Below, one piece after another: positions 49,444-63,070 of a stretch of 64,000 bases of DNA. The notes below the pieces were generated by a model. That model saw only the letters and a program-made list of their open reading frames with translations. It made no database searches and was not told the origin of the DNA. The stretch is taken from the NCBI RefSeq assembly GCF_964355755.1, contig NC_092672.1:13702001-13766000 (forward strand). Direction: 5' to 3'. A program made the translations under genes and the position numbers. The stretch's first letter is position 1, and each line of letters begins with the position of its first letter. This DNA is from Antedon mediterranea (Eukaryota; Animalia; Echinodermata).

Positions 49444-52277
49444 TATTTATTTAATATTGTATTAAATTGTATATTATTTGGGCCAAAGGCCATATATAAT
49501 AAATGTTTCTTGGATCTCCAAGAAAGAATGAGAATGAATGAGAATGAAGAAGACATGTTGTAGGGGAAGAAGACATGTTGTAGGGGAAGAAGACATGTTG
49601 TAGGGGAAGAAGACATGTTGTAGGGACAGAAAGAGGATTACTTCAACTACCGTTCTAGTCTTCCTTTACTGACAAAGTTTGGGAGTGTCTTTGAAGACAG
49701 CCTAGATAGTGTCAATGGTGATTCTCAGAAGCAGCAAGTGCTCAGGAATCCTCGAATTTTGTTTCGAATAGTTCTCCGAATGAAACTTATTTCACTCGGA
49801 TGAAGATTGGATTTCTTATGGTGTGCCACACTCATGATAATATAGACCAGATATTTCATGCTTAACCAAATATCTCAACAAATATCGATCTTCGACACTT
49901 GACCATTCTTCAAAGAGTAGTTAAAACTCTCACAAAAAGCTAAGAATTAAATCAACTTTTATTTCATATTTGATTTTCATAATAACTATACTTGAGCTGG
50001 AAGCTAGACTTTTTTTTTACTTATAGTTACGCAAATTATTCGTTAGAATTCCTATTCTGTAAATATAACTGCGCATGCACATTCATCGCACGCTAGGATC
50101 GTAAAATTTGCATAATTCTAATTCAACATGACTGAAACTGTACTGGGAATGTAATGTAGGCCTACAAATTATTTTGAAAACTGCCACTCATTATTATGGG
50201 TTGGGGTAATGGCTTAACACACATCTTAAACACATACTAAGAAGGGGATTAGTTGGAAGGGGGATGGGTGGAGATACTAGATTTTTGAGGTAATAGAAGT
50301 GCAACTTCTGGAATTGTACTGGGAATAGTAACTAGGCCTACTAAAGATTCTGGTTCTAGACAGTGGTTTGGCCTAAGTTTTATAAAAAGAAAATATGTTG
50401 GCATACACGGCGTGCCGTAATAACTATACTTGAGCTGGAAGCTAGACTGTGTGTTTGTGCTAGAATTTAGTTCATCATAATAGGGCACTCGTTAGAATTC
50501 CTATTCTGTAAATATAACTGCGCATGCACATTAATCGCAAGCTATGATCGTGCAATTTCCATAATTCATATTTATAGACTATATAGGGAGCTATGTCATA
50601 TGAAGATTTTCATCCTAATTTTTACTCTTTGGCTGAATGGCTATTCAAACATTCATTTACGTCATTAGTTTCTTTTTTTAAGTGGATAGATTGTTTGCAT
50701 GTATTGTATAAAAAAAAATACGTCAGCTAGAATCCGCCGGTGACATGTTATGTAGTGCCCTCTACCAATTGTTATAGACCCCTTTTTTACTTGATCACTT
50801 TTTCCATTTCGCGAAATCAAATTATTGGACTTATCTACAAAAAGGATTCAAAAGGGACGCGAAACTCATTGTGTTCCCTCTAATCCTATACATGCACATC
50901 AAGAAATATAGCCTACTTTTCGGATTGGTGCTGATGGGCAATGATAAGTTATGTTTTAATTAAATTATAATGCCAGTCAAAGTCAAATTTTTCATGTTTA
51001 TATATTAATTAATACCTTCAATACAATTAAGTAGATTCCAACATTAATGAATTAACCAAATTCTTTTATAATGTAATAACTAATTATCTGGAGGTATCAG
51101 CCAATCAAATACAAGCCACGCCTGTTAATTAATGTAATACCGTTATAACTATCTGCCTTAAATGGTGTGAACTATTTTACACGGCAAACCTCTTGCCGAT
51201 TCCGCACTAAGAGTATCGGTGTTACTTTAATCGGAATTGTAGCTGTTACTATTAACATTGAAGGAAAAGGGACAGCAGGTAAGACATTTTTAAGCTTAAG
51301 TACACAGTACTTCGTCTTGTGATCTTTTAGAGTTTTATTTTATGAACCGTAATTATTGTTCTCAAATCTCGCTGTCATGCAGAAAACAAGACTACACGTT
51401 TCGCTTTTTAGTAAATTTGAGTAATGATATATTCGCGACATATTCTCAAATAATATTTTTATGTAACGTACTATACATGGAATACGCTTTAAATGTTCCT
51501 ATTGAGGACAAAATAAAGCGATTTAATTTGAAATCCCAGGACCGTACCAACCTGAGCCAGTTGTAGATTATAGCAAATAAAACCGTTATATCGCGGCGGA
51601 TACTGCACGCTTTTCCTGTATTGATAATAAGAATCCTAGGCAATTTGGCCCAGATCGAGCCGATTGGACCGATTTCTGGAAGGAATTAAACAAAATCAAA
51701 CATAAAATTATTATTCAAAAGACATGATAATTTGACTTATGTATTACTTTATGTAATTATAAGGTGATGATACCAAATACAAGATTTATTCTGTTTTACA
51801 GAAAACACTATATTAAAGCACAAGTTCAACAACAATTAAGTATAAACTGTTATTACTGCAGTAATTGTACTGTCTAATCTGTTATTACTGCAGTAATTGT
51901 ACTGTCTATAGTCATGTCGTTAGGATGTTCGTTAGAAATACAGTAATAATAAAACGGGTACCATCAAAACCATTGGAAAATGTCCTTAGGCCTCCAAAAT
52001 CTTGTAATGGCATTGTTAATACAAATCCTTATATACAATATTAAACACGGTTATGTAATAATTACAATTGATGATTTAGCAAAGAAACTTAATTGCAAAA
52101 TTAATTTGTTTCATGAAAAAAGAGTTCCTTTCTATTTTTGGTTAAATTAACCCAATTTTTTGCTCATTTGTGTAGGCCTTGTTTAACATGTAGCCTACGT
52201 AGTTTGTTTTAATCTAGGCTGTTTATAGATATACCATTTATTTATTTAACGTTTATTTTATTTATTAAGGTGAAAAA

Positions 52278-53417
52278 ATGAACAAATCAACTTTTTACAC
52301 CGATTCGAATATTGTGTATGAGTCGACGACTGATGTCATAGGAAAAGTTGAGGAGACCGATTGGGATGACGTAATCAAATCTTACTCCTATACAACTACA
52401 GATGAAATTGTTATCACAATATTTATGCCAATTGTTGTAATTATCGGTATTATTGGGAATCTAATGACAATCACTGTAATAGTGAAACATCCTCGCATGC
52501 GCACATCAGTCAACGTGTATTTAGCCAACTTAGCGATTGCTGACGTTCTGTTTCTTTGCTTTGCTCCTGATCTGATATGGTCATCCTTTGCGCACAGTCC
52601 ATTACACGATGTATTTGACATGGGCATCGGAGAGGGTATGCTATGGTTTTGCCACCTAAACATTTACATCGTGGACACTGCGTTGCAAGTTGCAAATTTC
52701 ACAATCTTCTGGATGTCTGCTGAACGATATCTTGCAATTTGTCACCCTTTGAAATTTCGGAACAGTAAATTTGGAGAACGTTCGAGATCTTTACAAGTCT
52801 GCGTTATCATGTGGCTAATATCCTTAACATGGCAGGCCCGGAAATTTACTTGGATCTCTATAGTTTCATATGAATTCCCATGGCCTGATATGTACAACGG
52901 GGCTCCAAATTCAACGATAGTATGTACTTACTGTGGTGCGAACACCGACAGTTGTGATTTTCAAAATGATCTTTTTGTGATCGATATTTATTTATCGTTT
53001 ACCCTAATAACAATTGTAGTTGGTTTCTATACAATAATCCTGATTACACTCTAAAGATCAACCTTTGCAACAGCCAATTCAACGGGTAATAAAGTAAGGT
53101 CAAAATCAGAAAAGAAGGTCTTTATGACGATCTTCCTAACTGTAACTATCTACATATTTTGTATGGCACCATTCTCAATCATGAACATAGTGAGTATCTA
53201 CCATGGCATTGACCATAATGTTATATTTCTGCAGATTGTTAACATATTTCGTGTTGCACTTTATACAAATTCGTCCGTTAATCCTTTCATATATAATGTT
53301 GTAAATGAAATGTTTAGGAAAGCATTTGTCGATGTTTTCTACAGACGACGAAAGAGCAAGAAGACGAGTGGAGTTACAGTGGTTTCACAGACAAACCCCG
53401 CCTACGTCAATGGATGA
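52278..53417 (+). pseudogene. GPCR copy 2 with premature stop (AAA>TAA at 53052-53054, after TM5)
   Basis: Nearly identical to 56427-57566 except ctcTAAaga vs ctcAAAaga and a few substitutions. Confidence 0.9.
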
Positions 53418-55246
53418 CCATTTCATATATTTGTTAATAAACTGTCAAGATATACATTACTACAGTAGTAAATATTTTATTGCACCTTTTTCAGTTTCTA
53501 CTCTATGTAGGCCTCAGCGCTTAGAGGTTTCACGACATTAGGCGTTATATGAATCCATAATAAATTATATATTATAATTTAAACAATTTTATTTTGAGTA
53601 ATAAAGTTTCATTTTTAAAATCACAGTGTTATTACGTATGTATTTCACGTGTATATACGAGTTACTACATGCCGCCCTTTCTTTTACCCGTTTCAATTCC
53701 TACTAAATATATGACAAACTGCATTGTACTCTGCCTGCTTCTTAACAAAATTCACACTTGAAAGAAAAGAGAGATTGAACATGAGCATGCTATGAGCAGT
53801 GCAGAATATATTTGGGATTTTTCACTAACTTATTTTTTGTTTTTGGTGACTGAATAAATATTATTATTACTATTTTCACCGCGCGGCTAGTTTAGGTTCT
53901 AGACGACGATTTGGTCTAATTTTCATAAAATAAAATATTTTGGCATACACGGCGTGCCATAACAACTATACTTCGGCTGGAAGCTATTTTTTTCTATAGT
54001 TACGCAGTATATGATTCGTTAGAATTTGTAAAGTTTGACTTTATATCTTGTTTAATGGTTTAGCGCCCTCTCTAGTTCTAGATAATAAGAGTTGGTCAGA
54101 GGTCATGTTGACCATGTGAATCTTTGAATTGGTGATTGATACGCACATCTTATGAGAATTCCCGTGAAATACAACATTAATGTAATGACAAAGATCAAGG
54201 TTGATCTGTAGGGCCTGACTCAGAGTCAATTTGAGGGAGCTCGAGTTAGGACGAGGGTGCGGTTTTTTGAGGAGGGAAAGAGATTGTCCGGGGCAGACAG
54301 ACCGACCGACATAGTGAACTATAGAGTCGCTTCCACGCGACTAAAAATATAAAAAAAATTATGAAAACATGAGGTAATATGAAATACAAAGTGAATTCAC
54401 AAGCTTTAAAATGTTACTGATGAAGAAGATCAAATTATTAAAAATGTGATAATAGTGAAAATAATATGATTTTATGGTGATGACATGAAATGTAAATAAA
54501 AGTGGTGTTTACACCACAAAGGAGGAAAAACCTCGGCCTAATGTGAACTATAAATTGTTGGCAAAAGTTATTTGTTTAAGGACATAGAAAGTCATTGGCA
54601 TTGTTGGGTGGTCCCTATCAAACGTTCTGGCAGGAAGGTTCAATCGAAGTTGATTTTGGTTAGATATATTGTGGAATACGCGTCTCTTGATCCTTTGATC
54701 GAAGGCGTTTGATAGTTAATTTAAGGTTTTTTTTAACATTAAAAAGGTTTTGTTTCAAAGAAAATGTGTTGCGGTGGTTCCGCTGTTTTATGCTGAATCT
54801 TTTAGTCATTTCATGGTTAATGGGGCGGGGCGTGAGGCAATGCTGCCCTCTTTCTCCTGCTTTATGTTTTGTACATGAAGTCAGGTTTGATTCAGGGTGC
54901 GAAGTTACCTGGTAGTCGGGGTAAAGAATGCAAGTTCATTCAGTATGCGGATGATTTGAGATGTGCGGTGTCGTCTTACTTTACTTCTGTGTTAAAGGCG
55001 TTTGAAGTTGCGTCCGACTCGCGTTCTCATACACAAAGAATCTTGAATCAAGAAATATAGCCTACTTTTCGGATTGGTGCTGATGGGCAATGATAAGTTA
55101 TATTTTAATTAAATTATAATGCCAGTCAAAGTCAAATTTGTCATGTTTATATATTAATTAATACCTTCAATACAATTAAGTAGATTCCAACATTAATGAA
55201 TTAACCAAATTCTTTTATAATGTAATAACTAATTATCTGGAGGTAT

Positions 55247-55256
55247 CAGCCAATCA
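55247..55256 (+). promoter_or_regulatory. CCAAT box upstream of putative GPCR exon 1
   Basis: CAGCCAATCA matches the NF-Y consensus ~175 bp before the putative donor; present in all three copies. Confidence 0.4.
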
Positions 55257-55427
55257 AATACAAGCCACGCCTGTTAATTAATGTAATACCGTTATAACTA
55301 TCTGCCTTAAATGGTGTGAACTATTTTACACGGCAAACCTCTTGCCGATTCCGCACTAAGAGTATCGGTGTTACTTTAATCGGAATTGTAGCTGTTACTA
55401 TTAACATTGAAGGAAAAGGGACAGCAG

Positions 55428-56418
55428 GTAAGACATTTTTAAGCTTAAGTACACAGTACTTCGTCTTGTGATCTTTTAGAGTTTTATTTTATGAACCGTA
55501 ATTATTGTTCTCCAATCTCGCTGTCATGCAGAAAACAAGACTACACGTTTCGCTTTTTAGTAAATTTGAGTAATGATATATTCGCGACATATTTTCAAAT
55601 AATATTTTTATGTAACGTACTATACATGGAATACGCTTTAAATGTTCCTATTGAGGACAAAATAAAGCGATTTAATTTGAAATCCCAGGACCGTACCAAC
55701 CTGAGCCAGTTGTAGATTATAGCAAATAAAACCGTTATATCGCGGCGGATACTGCACGCTTTTCCTGTATTGATAATAAGAATCCTAGGCAATTTGGCCC
55801 AGATCGAGCCGATTGGACCGATTTCTGGAAGGAATTAAACAAAATCAAACATAAAATTATTATTCAAAAGACATGATAATTTGACTTATGTATTACTTTA
55901 TGTAATTATAAGGTGATGATACCAAATACAAGATGTATTCTGTTTTACAGAAAACACTATATTAAAGCACAAGTTCAACAACAATTAAGTATAAACTGTT
56001 ATTACTGCAGTAATTGTACTGTCTAATCTGTTATTACTGCAGTAATTGTACTGTCTATAGTCATGTCGTTAGGATGTTCGTTAGAAATACAGTAATAATA
56101 AAACGGGTACCATCAAAACCATTGGAAAATGTCCTTAGGCCTCCAAAATCTTGTAATGGCATTGTTAATACAAATCCTTATATACAATATTAAACACGGT
56201 TATGTAATAATTACAATTGATGATTTAGCAAAGAAACTTAATTGCAAAATTAATTTGTTTCATGAAAAAAGAGTTCCTTTCTATTTTTGGTTAAATTAAC
56301 CCAATTTTTTGCTCATTTGTGTAGGCCTTGTTTAACATGTAGCCTACGTAGTTTGTTTTAATCTAGGCTGTTTATAGATATACCATTTATTTATTTAACG
56401 TTTATTTTATTTATTAAG
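55428..56418 (+). other. Putative 5'-UTR intron of the GPCR gene (also 37240-38197 and 51279-52269 in the other copies)
   Basis: Donor CAG|GTAAGA at 55428; T-rich acceptor tttattttatttattAAG|G ending 8 nt before the ATG. Confidence 0.55.
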
Positions 56419-56426
56419 GTGAAAAA

Positions 56427-57566
56427 ATGAACAAATCAACTTTTTACACCGATTCGAATATTGTGTATGAGTCGACGACTGATATCATAGGAAAAGTTGA
56501 GGAGACCGATTGGGATGACGTAATCAAATCTTACTCCTATACAACTACAGATGAGATTGTTATCACAATATTTATGCCAATTGTTGTAATTATCGGTATT
56601 ATTGGGAATCTAATGACAATCACTGTAATAGTGAAACATCCTCGCATGCGCACATCAGTCAACGTGTATTTAGCCAACTTAGCGATTGCTGACGTTCTGT
56701 TTCTTTGCTTTGCTCCTGATCTGATATGGTCATCCTTTGCGCACAGTCCATTACACGATGTATTTGACATGGGCATCGGAGAGGGTATGCTATGGTTTTG
56801 CCACCTAAACATTTACATCGTGGACACTGCGTTGCAAGTTGCAAATTTCACAATCTTCTGGATGTCTGCTGAACGATATCTTGCAATTTGTCACCCTTTG
56901 AAATTTCGGAACAGTAAATTTGGAGAACGTTCGAGATCTTTACAAGTCTGCGTTATCATGTGGCTAATATCCTTAACATGGCAGGCCCGGAAATTTACTT
57001 GGATCTCTATAGTTTCATATGAATTCCCATGGCCTGATATGTACAACGGGGCTCCTAATTCAACGATAGTATGTACTTACTGTGGTGCGAACACCGACAG
57101 TTGTGATTTTCAAAATGATCTTTTTGTGATCGATATTTATTTATCGTTTACCCTAATAACAATTGTAGTTGGTTTCTATACAATAATCCTGATTACACTC
57201 AAAAGATCAACCTTTGCAACAGCCAATTCAACGGGTAATAAAGTAAGGTCAAAATCAGAAAAGAAGGTCTTTATGACGATCTTCCTAACTGTAACTATCT
57301 ACATATTTTGTATGGCACCATTCTCAATCATGAACATAGTGAGTATCTACCATGGCATTGACCATAATGTTATACTTCTGCAGATTGTTAACATATTTCG
57401 TGTTGCACTTTATACAAATTCGTCCGTTAATCCTTTCATATATAATGTTGTAAATGAAATGTTTAGGAAAGCATTTGTCGATGTTTTCTACAGACGACGA
57501 AAGAGCAAGAAGACGAGTGGAGTTACAGTGGTTTCACAGACAAACCCCGCCTACGTCAATGGATGA
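56427..57566 (+). CDS. Class A (rhodopsin-like) GPCR, peptide-receptor-like (TRH/ghrelin/neuromedin-U-receptor-like), single coding exon
   Basis: 379 aa with seven hydrophobic segments; GN in TM1, NLAIAD in TM2, ERYLAICHP (DRY-like), W in TM4, CMAP in TM6, NSSVNPFIY in TM7, N-terminal NKS sequon. Ligand class is inference. Confidence 0.93.
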   Translation: MNKSTFYTDSNIVYESTTDIIGKVEETDWDDVIKSYSYTTTDEIVITIFMPIVVIIGIIGNLMTITVIVKHPRMRTSVNVYLANLAIADVLFLCFAPDLIWSSFAHSPLHDVFDMGIGEGMLWFCHLNIYIVDTALQVANFTIFWMSAERYLAICHPLKFRNSKFGERSRSLQVCVIMWLISLTWQARKFTWISIVSYEFPWPDMYNGAPNSTIVCTYCGANTDSCDFQNDLFVIDIYLSFTLITIVVGFYTIILITLKRSTFATANSTGNKVRSKSEKKVFMTIFLTVTIYIFCMAPFSIMNIVSIYHGIDHNVILLQIVNIFRVALYTNSSVNPFIYNVVNEMFRKAFVDVFYRRRKSKKTSGVTVVSQTNPAYVNG

Positions 57567-60500
57567 CCATTTCATATATTTGTTAATAAACTGTCAAGAT
57601 ATACATTACTACAGTAGTAAATATTTTATTGCACCTTTTTCAGTTTCTACTCTATGTAGGCCTCAGCGCTTAGAGGTTTCACGACATTAGGCGTTATATG
57701 AATCCATAATAAATTATATATTATAATTTAAACAATTTTATTTTGAGTAATAAAGTTTCATTTTTAAAATCACAGTGTTATTACGTATGTATTTCACGTG
57801 TATATACGAGTTACAACATGCCGCCCTTTCTTTTACCCGTTTCAATTCCTACTAAATATATGACAAACTGCATTGTACTCTGCCTGCTTCTTAACAAAAT
57901 TCACACTTGAAAGAAAAAGAGAGATTGAACATGAGCATGCTATGAGCAGTGCAGAATATATTTGGGATTTTTCACTAACTTATTTTTTGTTTTTGGTGAC
58001 TGAATAAATATTATTATTACTATTTTCACCGCGCGGCTAGTTTAGGTTCTAGACGACGATTTGGTCTAATTTTCATAAAATAAAATATTTTGGCATACAC
58101 GGCGTGCCATAACAACTATACTTCGGCTGGAAGCTATTTTTTTCTATAGTTACGCAGTATATGATTCGTTAGAATTTGTAAAGTTTGACTTTATATCTTG
58201 TTTAATGGTTTAGCGCCCTCTCTAGTTCTAGATAATAAGAGTTGGTCAGAGGTCATGTTGACCATGTGAATCTTTGAATTGGTGATTGATACGCACATCT
58301 TATGAGAATTCCCGTGAAATACAACCTTAATGTAATGACAAAGATCAAGGTTGATCTGTAGGGCCTGACTCAGAGTCAATTGGAGGGAGCTCGAGTTAGG
58401 ACGAGGGTGCGGTTTTTTGAGGAGGGAAAGAGATTCCACGCGACTAAAAATATAAAAAAAATTATGAAAACATGAGGTAATATGAAATACAAAGTGAATT
58501 CACAAGCTTTAAAATGTTACTGATGAAGAAGATCAAATTATTAAAAATGTGATAATAGTGAAAATAGGCCCTAATATGATTTTATGGTGATGACATGAAA
58601 TGTAAATAAAAGTGGTGTTTACACCACAAAGGAGGAAAAACCTCGGCCTAATGTGAACTACAAATTGTTGTCAAAAGTTATTTGTTTAAGGACATAGAAA
58701 GTCATTGGCATTGTTGGGTGGTCCCTATCAAACGTTCTGGCAGGAAGGTTCAATCGAAGTTGATTTTGGTTAGATATATTGTGGAATACGCGTCTCTTGA
58801 TCCTTTGATCGAAGGCGTTTGATAGTTAATTTAAGGTTTTTTTTAACATTAAAAAGGTTTTGTTTCAAAGAAAATGTGTTGCGGTGGTTCCGCTGTTTTA
58901 TGCTGAATCTTTTAGTCATGTCATGGTTAATGGGGCGGGGCGTGAGGCAATGCTGCCCTCTTTTTCCTGCTTTATGTTTTGTACATGAAGTCATGTTTGA
59001 TTCAGGGTGCGAAGTTACCTGGTAGTCGGGGTAAAGAATGCAAGTTCATTCAGTATGCGGATGATTTGAGATGTGCGGTGTCGTCTTACTTTACTTCTGT
59101 GTTAAAGGCGTTTGAAGTTGCGTCCGATTCGCGTTCTCATACACAAAGAATCTTGAATAAATTCGCGTTGCCAGTTCTATTTTATGTTGCGCCATAAATG
59201 CATGATGGGAACGACTGAATGAGGACGTGTACAAAACCAGCTCCGCTAAATATTTTCAACCAACACATTTTATAGTGATTCTACAATCTCACTGCTTCAG
59301 TAAGTCCATTTTACTTGCTTACTCACGTTCTACATCATTTTCCTGTTACTTATGGGGCCGAAACGAAATAAAGTTCCCTGAACCCACAGCAGCTGAGTCA
59401 ACGATCAGCTCAAATCTCCCGCTACAGAAACATACCTTATACGGTCAGGAGCTGTGTGAGCTAAGCAAAGAGATCCGTGCCGGTATATCGAAGATTATGA
59501 TCAATCATGAAAAAATATTCGATCGTATGCTTAATATTGAACCACTCAGCAATGCAAGTGGTTGCATTGCTAAATGCAGCCACTGAAGATAATTCAGCAA
59601 AGGTGAAAAAAAGCAAGAATGTCAGGTATGGAGTCTGCTCTGAAACAAAAGGATGAAATATTGCATTGCTGGAAGCGGCATACTACGGTATTTCCGTAGC
59701 TTTAACCTTCGATTTGGAGGAATAGAGGAAACCGAAAATCAAAACCCATGGACAAACATTAAGGAGATATTTACTTCCGAATTTAATCTACCAAATATAG
59801 AAGCTGAAAATGCTCATAAGGTTGGAAAACGACGACAGCAAGCCACGGCATATCATCATTAATTTTATTTTTAGGCCTCAAAGACAGTTGGTATTGATGA
59901 AAGTCAAGGAACTGTTACAAGGTAAACAACACTTTATCATAGAAGACCTAACTGACGCAGATGTGAACAAGGCCAACAGCCATAAGTTGCGTGCTAAAAC
60001 GCATAGTGATACCGGACCGACAGACAGACCAACAGACCGACCGACATAGTGAACTATAGAGTCGCGTCCACGCGACTAATAAACGTGAGCTAAAAACCAT
60101 CGTGGCCGATAGATAGATATAGAGATGGTAAGCGTCTTCAGTTCCAGAATGGTAACCTCTACGCTTCCCTGTCATAAAAGAACGACTCAACTGACACATT
60201 TTTTAAAAATCACCTTTTTTATCTTTTTTGGCTATTTAGGAAATAATACACCTTGTGGTAAATTCAGATATTCAAAATTGTAACTAGAAATATGAAATTT
60301 TAAAATCAAAATGCCACTCAATTGCAAGTGTGTGTTACTATTGTCACCAAAGACTAGCTCAACTGCAAATTCCATGAAAGACTCACACTGACAATGAAAG
60401 ACTCACTCAAGTGCACACAACAATGGTGTTTACTGGACAGCAATGCATTGCTATTTGTTAACAATCTTGAGAGTTATTTATTTGGGTATGTCACTAAAAT

Positions 60501-62870
60501 GGGAGAGAAATAACAACAATTTAATTAGTCACCTAAACTATCAAAGTTTTAAGTAAAGAATTTCAAATGCTTCCCAAATTTTAAATCATGTTTAATTTTG
60601 TTATCAGTCATACTAGCTTCTATATTTCACTTTCAGTTTTGTTAAAATTAAAACCGGTACTGTGTATCAAGAATTTGTGTTCAATTTCAAGAATACATAA
60701 TGTCAATTACTGGGGTTTTTTTTAATAGAGGGATAATTGATAAATTTCATAATGATGGTAAAATTGTAGAAGAAAACAAAGGCATAACCAAAGGCATGAG
60801 TAAGTTCATATCATTCTAACTATTAACTAAATGAAATATGTTATAAATTTGAAATATTTATTTGTGTTATTATGAATATAAATCACATTGATTTTAAATT
60901 TTAAAAAACTTTAATACCACAGTCTTTACATATTATAGTGAACAGAACAGTTTCTGATAAACAGTTGGTTAGAAGGTTGCGCGGATTGGTTAAGAAGGAG
61001 GCACATTCTGGAATGGTATCCCAACTGACAAAGTTGCAGATTTGACTGCCAGTCTAAATAATACAAATTACACAAAACAAAGTAATTAATGGAAATAGGC
61101 TGCTCTCTATTAAAGAAAAATAAATCTAATAGTATAATTAATAATCTATTAAAAGATGTATTCCTGTTCACATTATAATTAATGTATACTTTGGTTTAAT
61201 TACCATCACATTATGTACATACAGAGTATAAGCCTACTACAGAGTTAATTAATGGTGAGTTAGAAATAGCTGGCCCCTCATTATAAATTATTGAAAAAAT
61301 GTAATTATTATTATATCGTATTCTTGTTATATATAATTGATGTATACTTTGTAATTTTTGTAACATATTAAATTATTTACAGTAACTATTTTGCTTTAAG
61401 AACCCAACAACGCTAGGCCCCTCACACCTAGGCCTACTAAGCCTAGCCATACAGGCCAGAGTTGGGGTTTTAAATTTTGCTATTATATAAAAAGAAGTCT
61501 CTTGAACAAGGTTATAAAGTTAAATAAAGTATTTTGTATATATGTTTACATTAATTTAGTACCTATTTGAATTTAAGAAAAAAAGTTTGTAGTTGAGTGG
61601 ATTCTTCCATGACAAATGCAGTTGAGTTTCTTCTTCTTTCATGGTTTTCATGAGCGTGATTGACACAGAATGTCTTGAAAAACATTAAATCTGACATATC
61701 TAATAAAACATGGGGAAATCTTAAACAATGTTTACACAATAAAGAGGACTTATATAAGCTACTAAAAGGTATGACAACCAAATAATATAATCTACACAAA
61801 AGAAGAGCTAAAACCATATCACGTTTTGTGGATTATCTCAAAATTTTGCTTTATGCAGTTAAGTCGTTCTTTCATGACGGGGCAATTGGAAACTTTACTT
61901 CACTAAATGAAAAGATTATCTTTAGAGACCGACTTGGAGAACTACTTGATTTAGATAAGATTATCGTATAGATAAGAATTACACGATCACATTTATAATT
62001 CATTGGTTCCGTAATAATTAAAGATAGCTGGTTGATACACTATTCAGTTAGATTTATTCTTTAATCATTCAGATATATAACCATACATATTTTGGATGAA
62101 AGCATCACTGGACGAGACGTTGCGATGTTGCTAGACCATTTGATAAGTTTATAAGACACTCGGTATTAGGGTCAATCACATGGCAACCATGGACGATCAA
62201 ACCAAATAAAATGTATGTACTTTGAAACTGGACACACTTTCATGTCAGTCGACTTGTTTTAAACATCAGATATAACTCGGAATGAAAAAAGAATGACTAT
62301 GACAAGAAGATTTTTGTAATTGGTAATGATGCTGAGCGTGTAATTAAAATGTCTTACACATACTTTGTTAAATATAAAAATAAGAATGCAACACGTGGAT
62401 AACCTTATAACACAAACCAAAGAAGTTTTATTCAAAACAGGAGAAGCAAAAATTTATTGGAAAACAGATTACATGGCCACTGAGTATACTTCAGGAGAAT
62501 TTCTCAAAGCAAAATTATGCAAGCAATAAGAGACAAAACATAAAACTCATTCATTAACATCTGAACAGGGAAGATCAAAATATAAGAAGCAATAGTTAAG
62601 CAATTGCTAACCAGGTACGGTTGGGTGCGATGTTATGGTAAGTCTAAAACGTGCCGTTGTTGTGGGGTCGTTGACCAGCTGGTTCAGGACTGATTGGGAA
62701 CGTGTTCGAAAGGTTACTCTCTTGGTCAAATTTACTTAGAATGTAAGAACAAAGTAGTCTGCTCTATTTGTTTTGAGGCTGGCTGGTCGATGGTGATGAG
62801 TATTGAAGAGAAGGATGTAGGCTATCTCAAAACTTCTAATAATGTAGTAGGTAGTGAAGTAAAGAAAAGG

Positions 62871-63070
62871 GAAGAAGACATGTTGTAGGGGAAGAAGACA
62901 TGTTGTAGGGGAAGAAGACATGTTGTAGGGGAAGAAGACATGTTTTAGGGGAAGAAGACATGTTGTAGGGGAAGAAGACATGTTGTAGGGGAAGAAGACA
63001 TGTTGTAGGGGAAGAAGACATGTTTTAGGGGAAGAAGACATGTTGTAGGGGAAGAAGACATGTTGTAGGG
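62871..63070 (+). repeat. 20-bp minisatellite, 10 units, uninterrupted (empty site for the LINE)
   Basis: (GAAGAAGACATGTTKTAGGG)10. Confidence 0.95.

Larger units (their letters stand above)
44250..49545 (+). mobile_element. Full-length young APE-type LINE (RTEX-like by C-terminal motifs) inserted in the minisatellite
   Basis: Absent from paralogous site 62871-63070. ~500-bp 5' UTR, ORF1, intact ORF2, AATAAA at 49498, hairpin TTTCTTGG-atct-CCAAGAAA, (GAATGA)-like tail. Confidence 0.93.

Noticed and set aside
62694-63041. Repetitive ORFs (MSSSPTTCLLPLQHVFFPYN)n
   Set aside because: Translation of the 20-bp minisatellite, not a protein.
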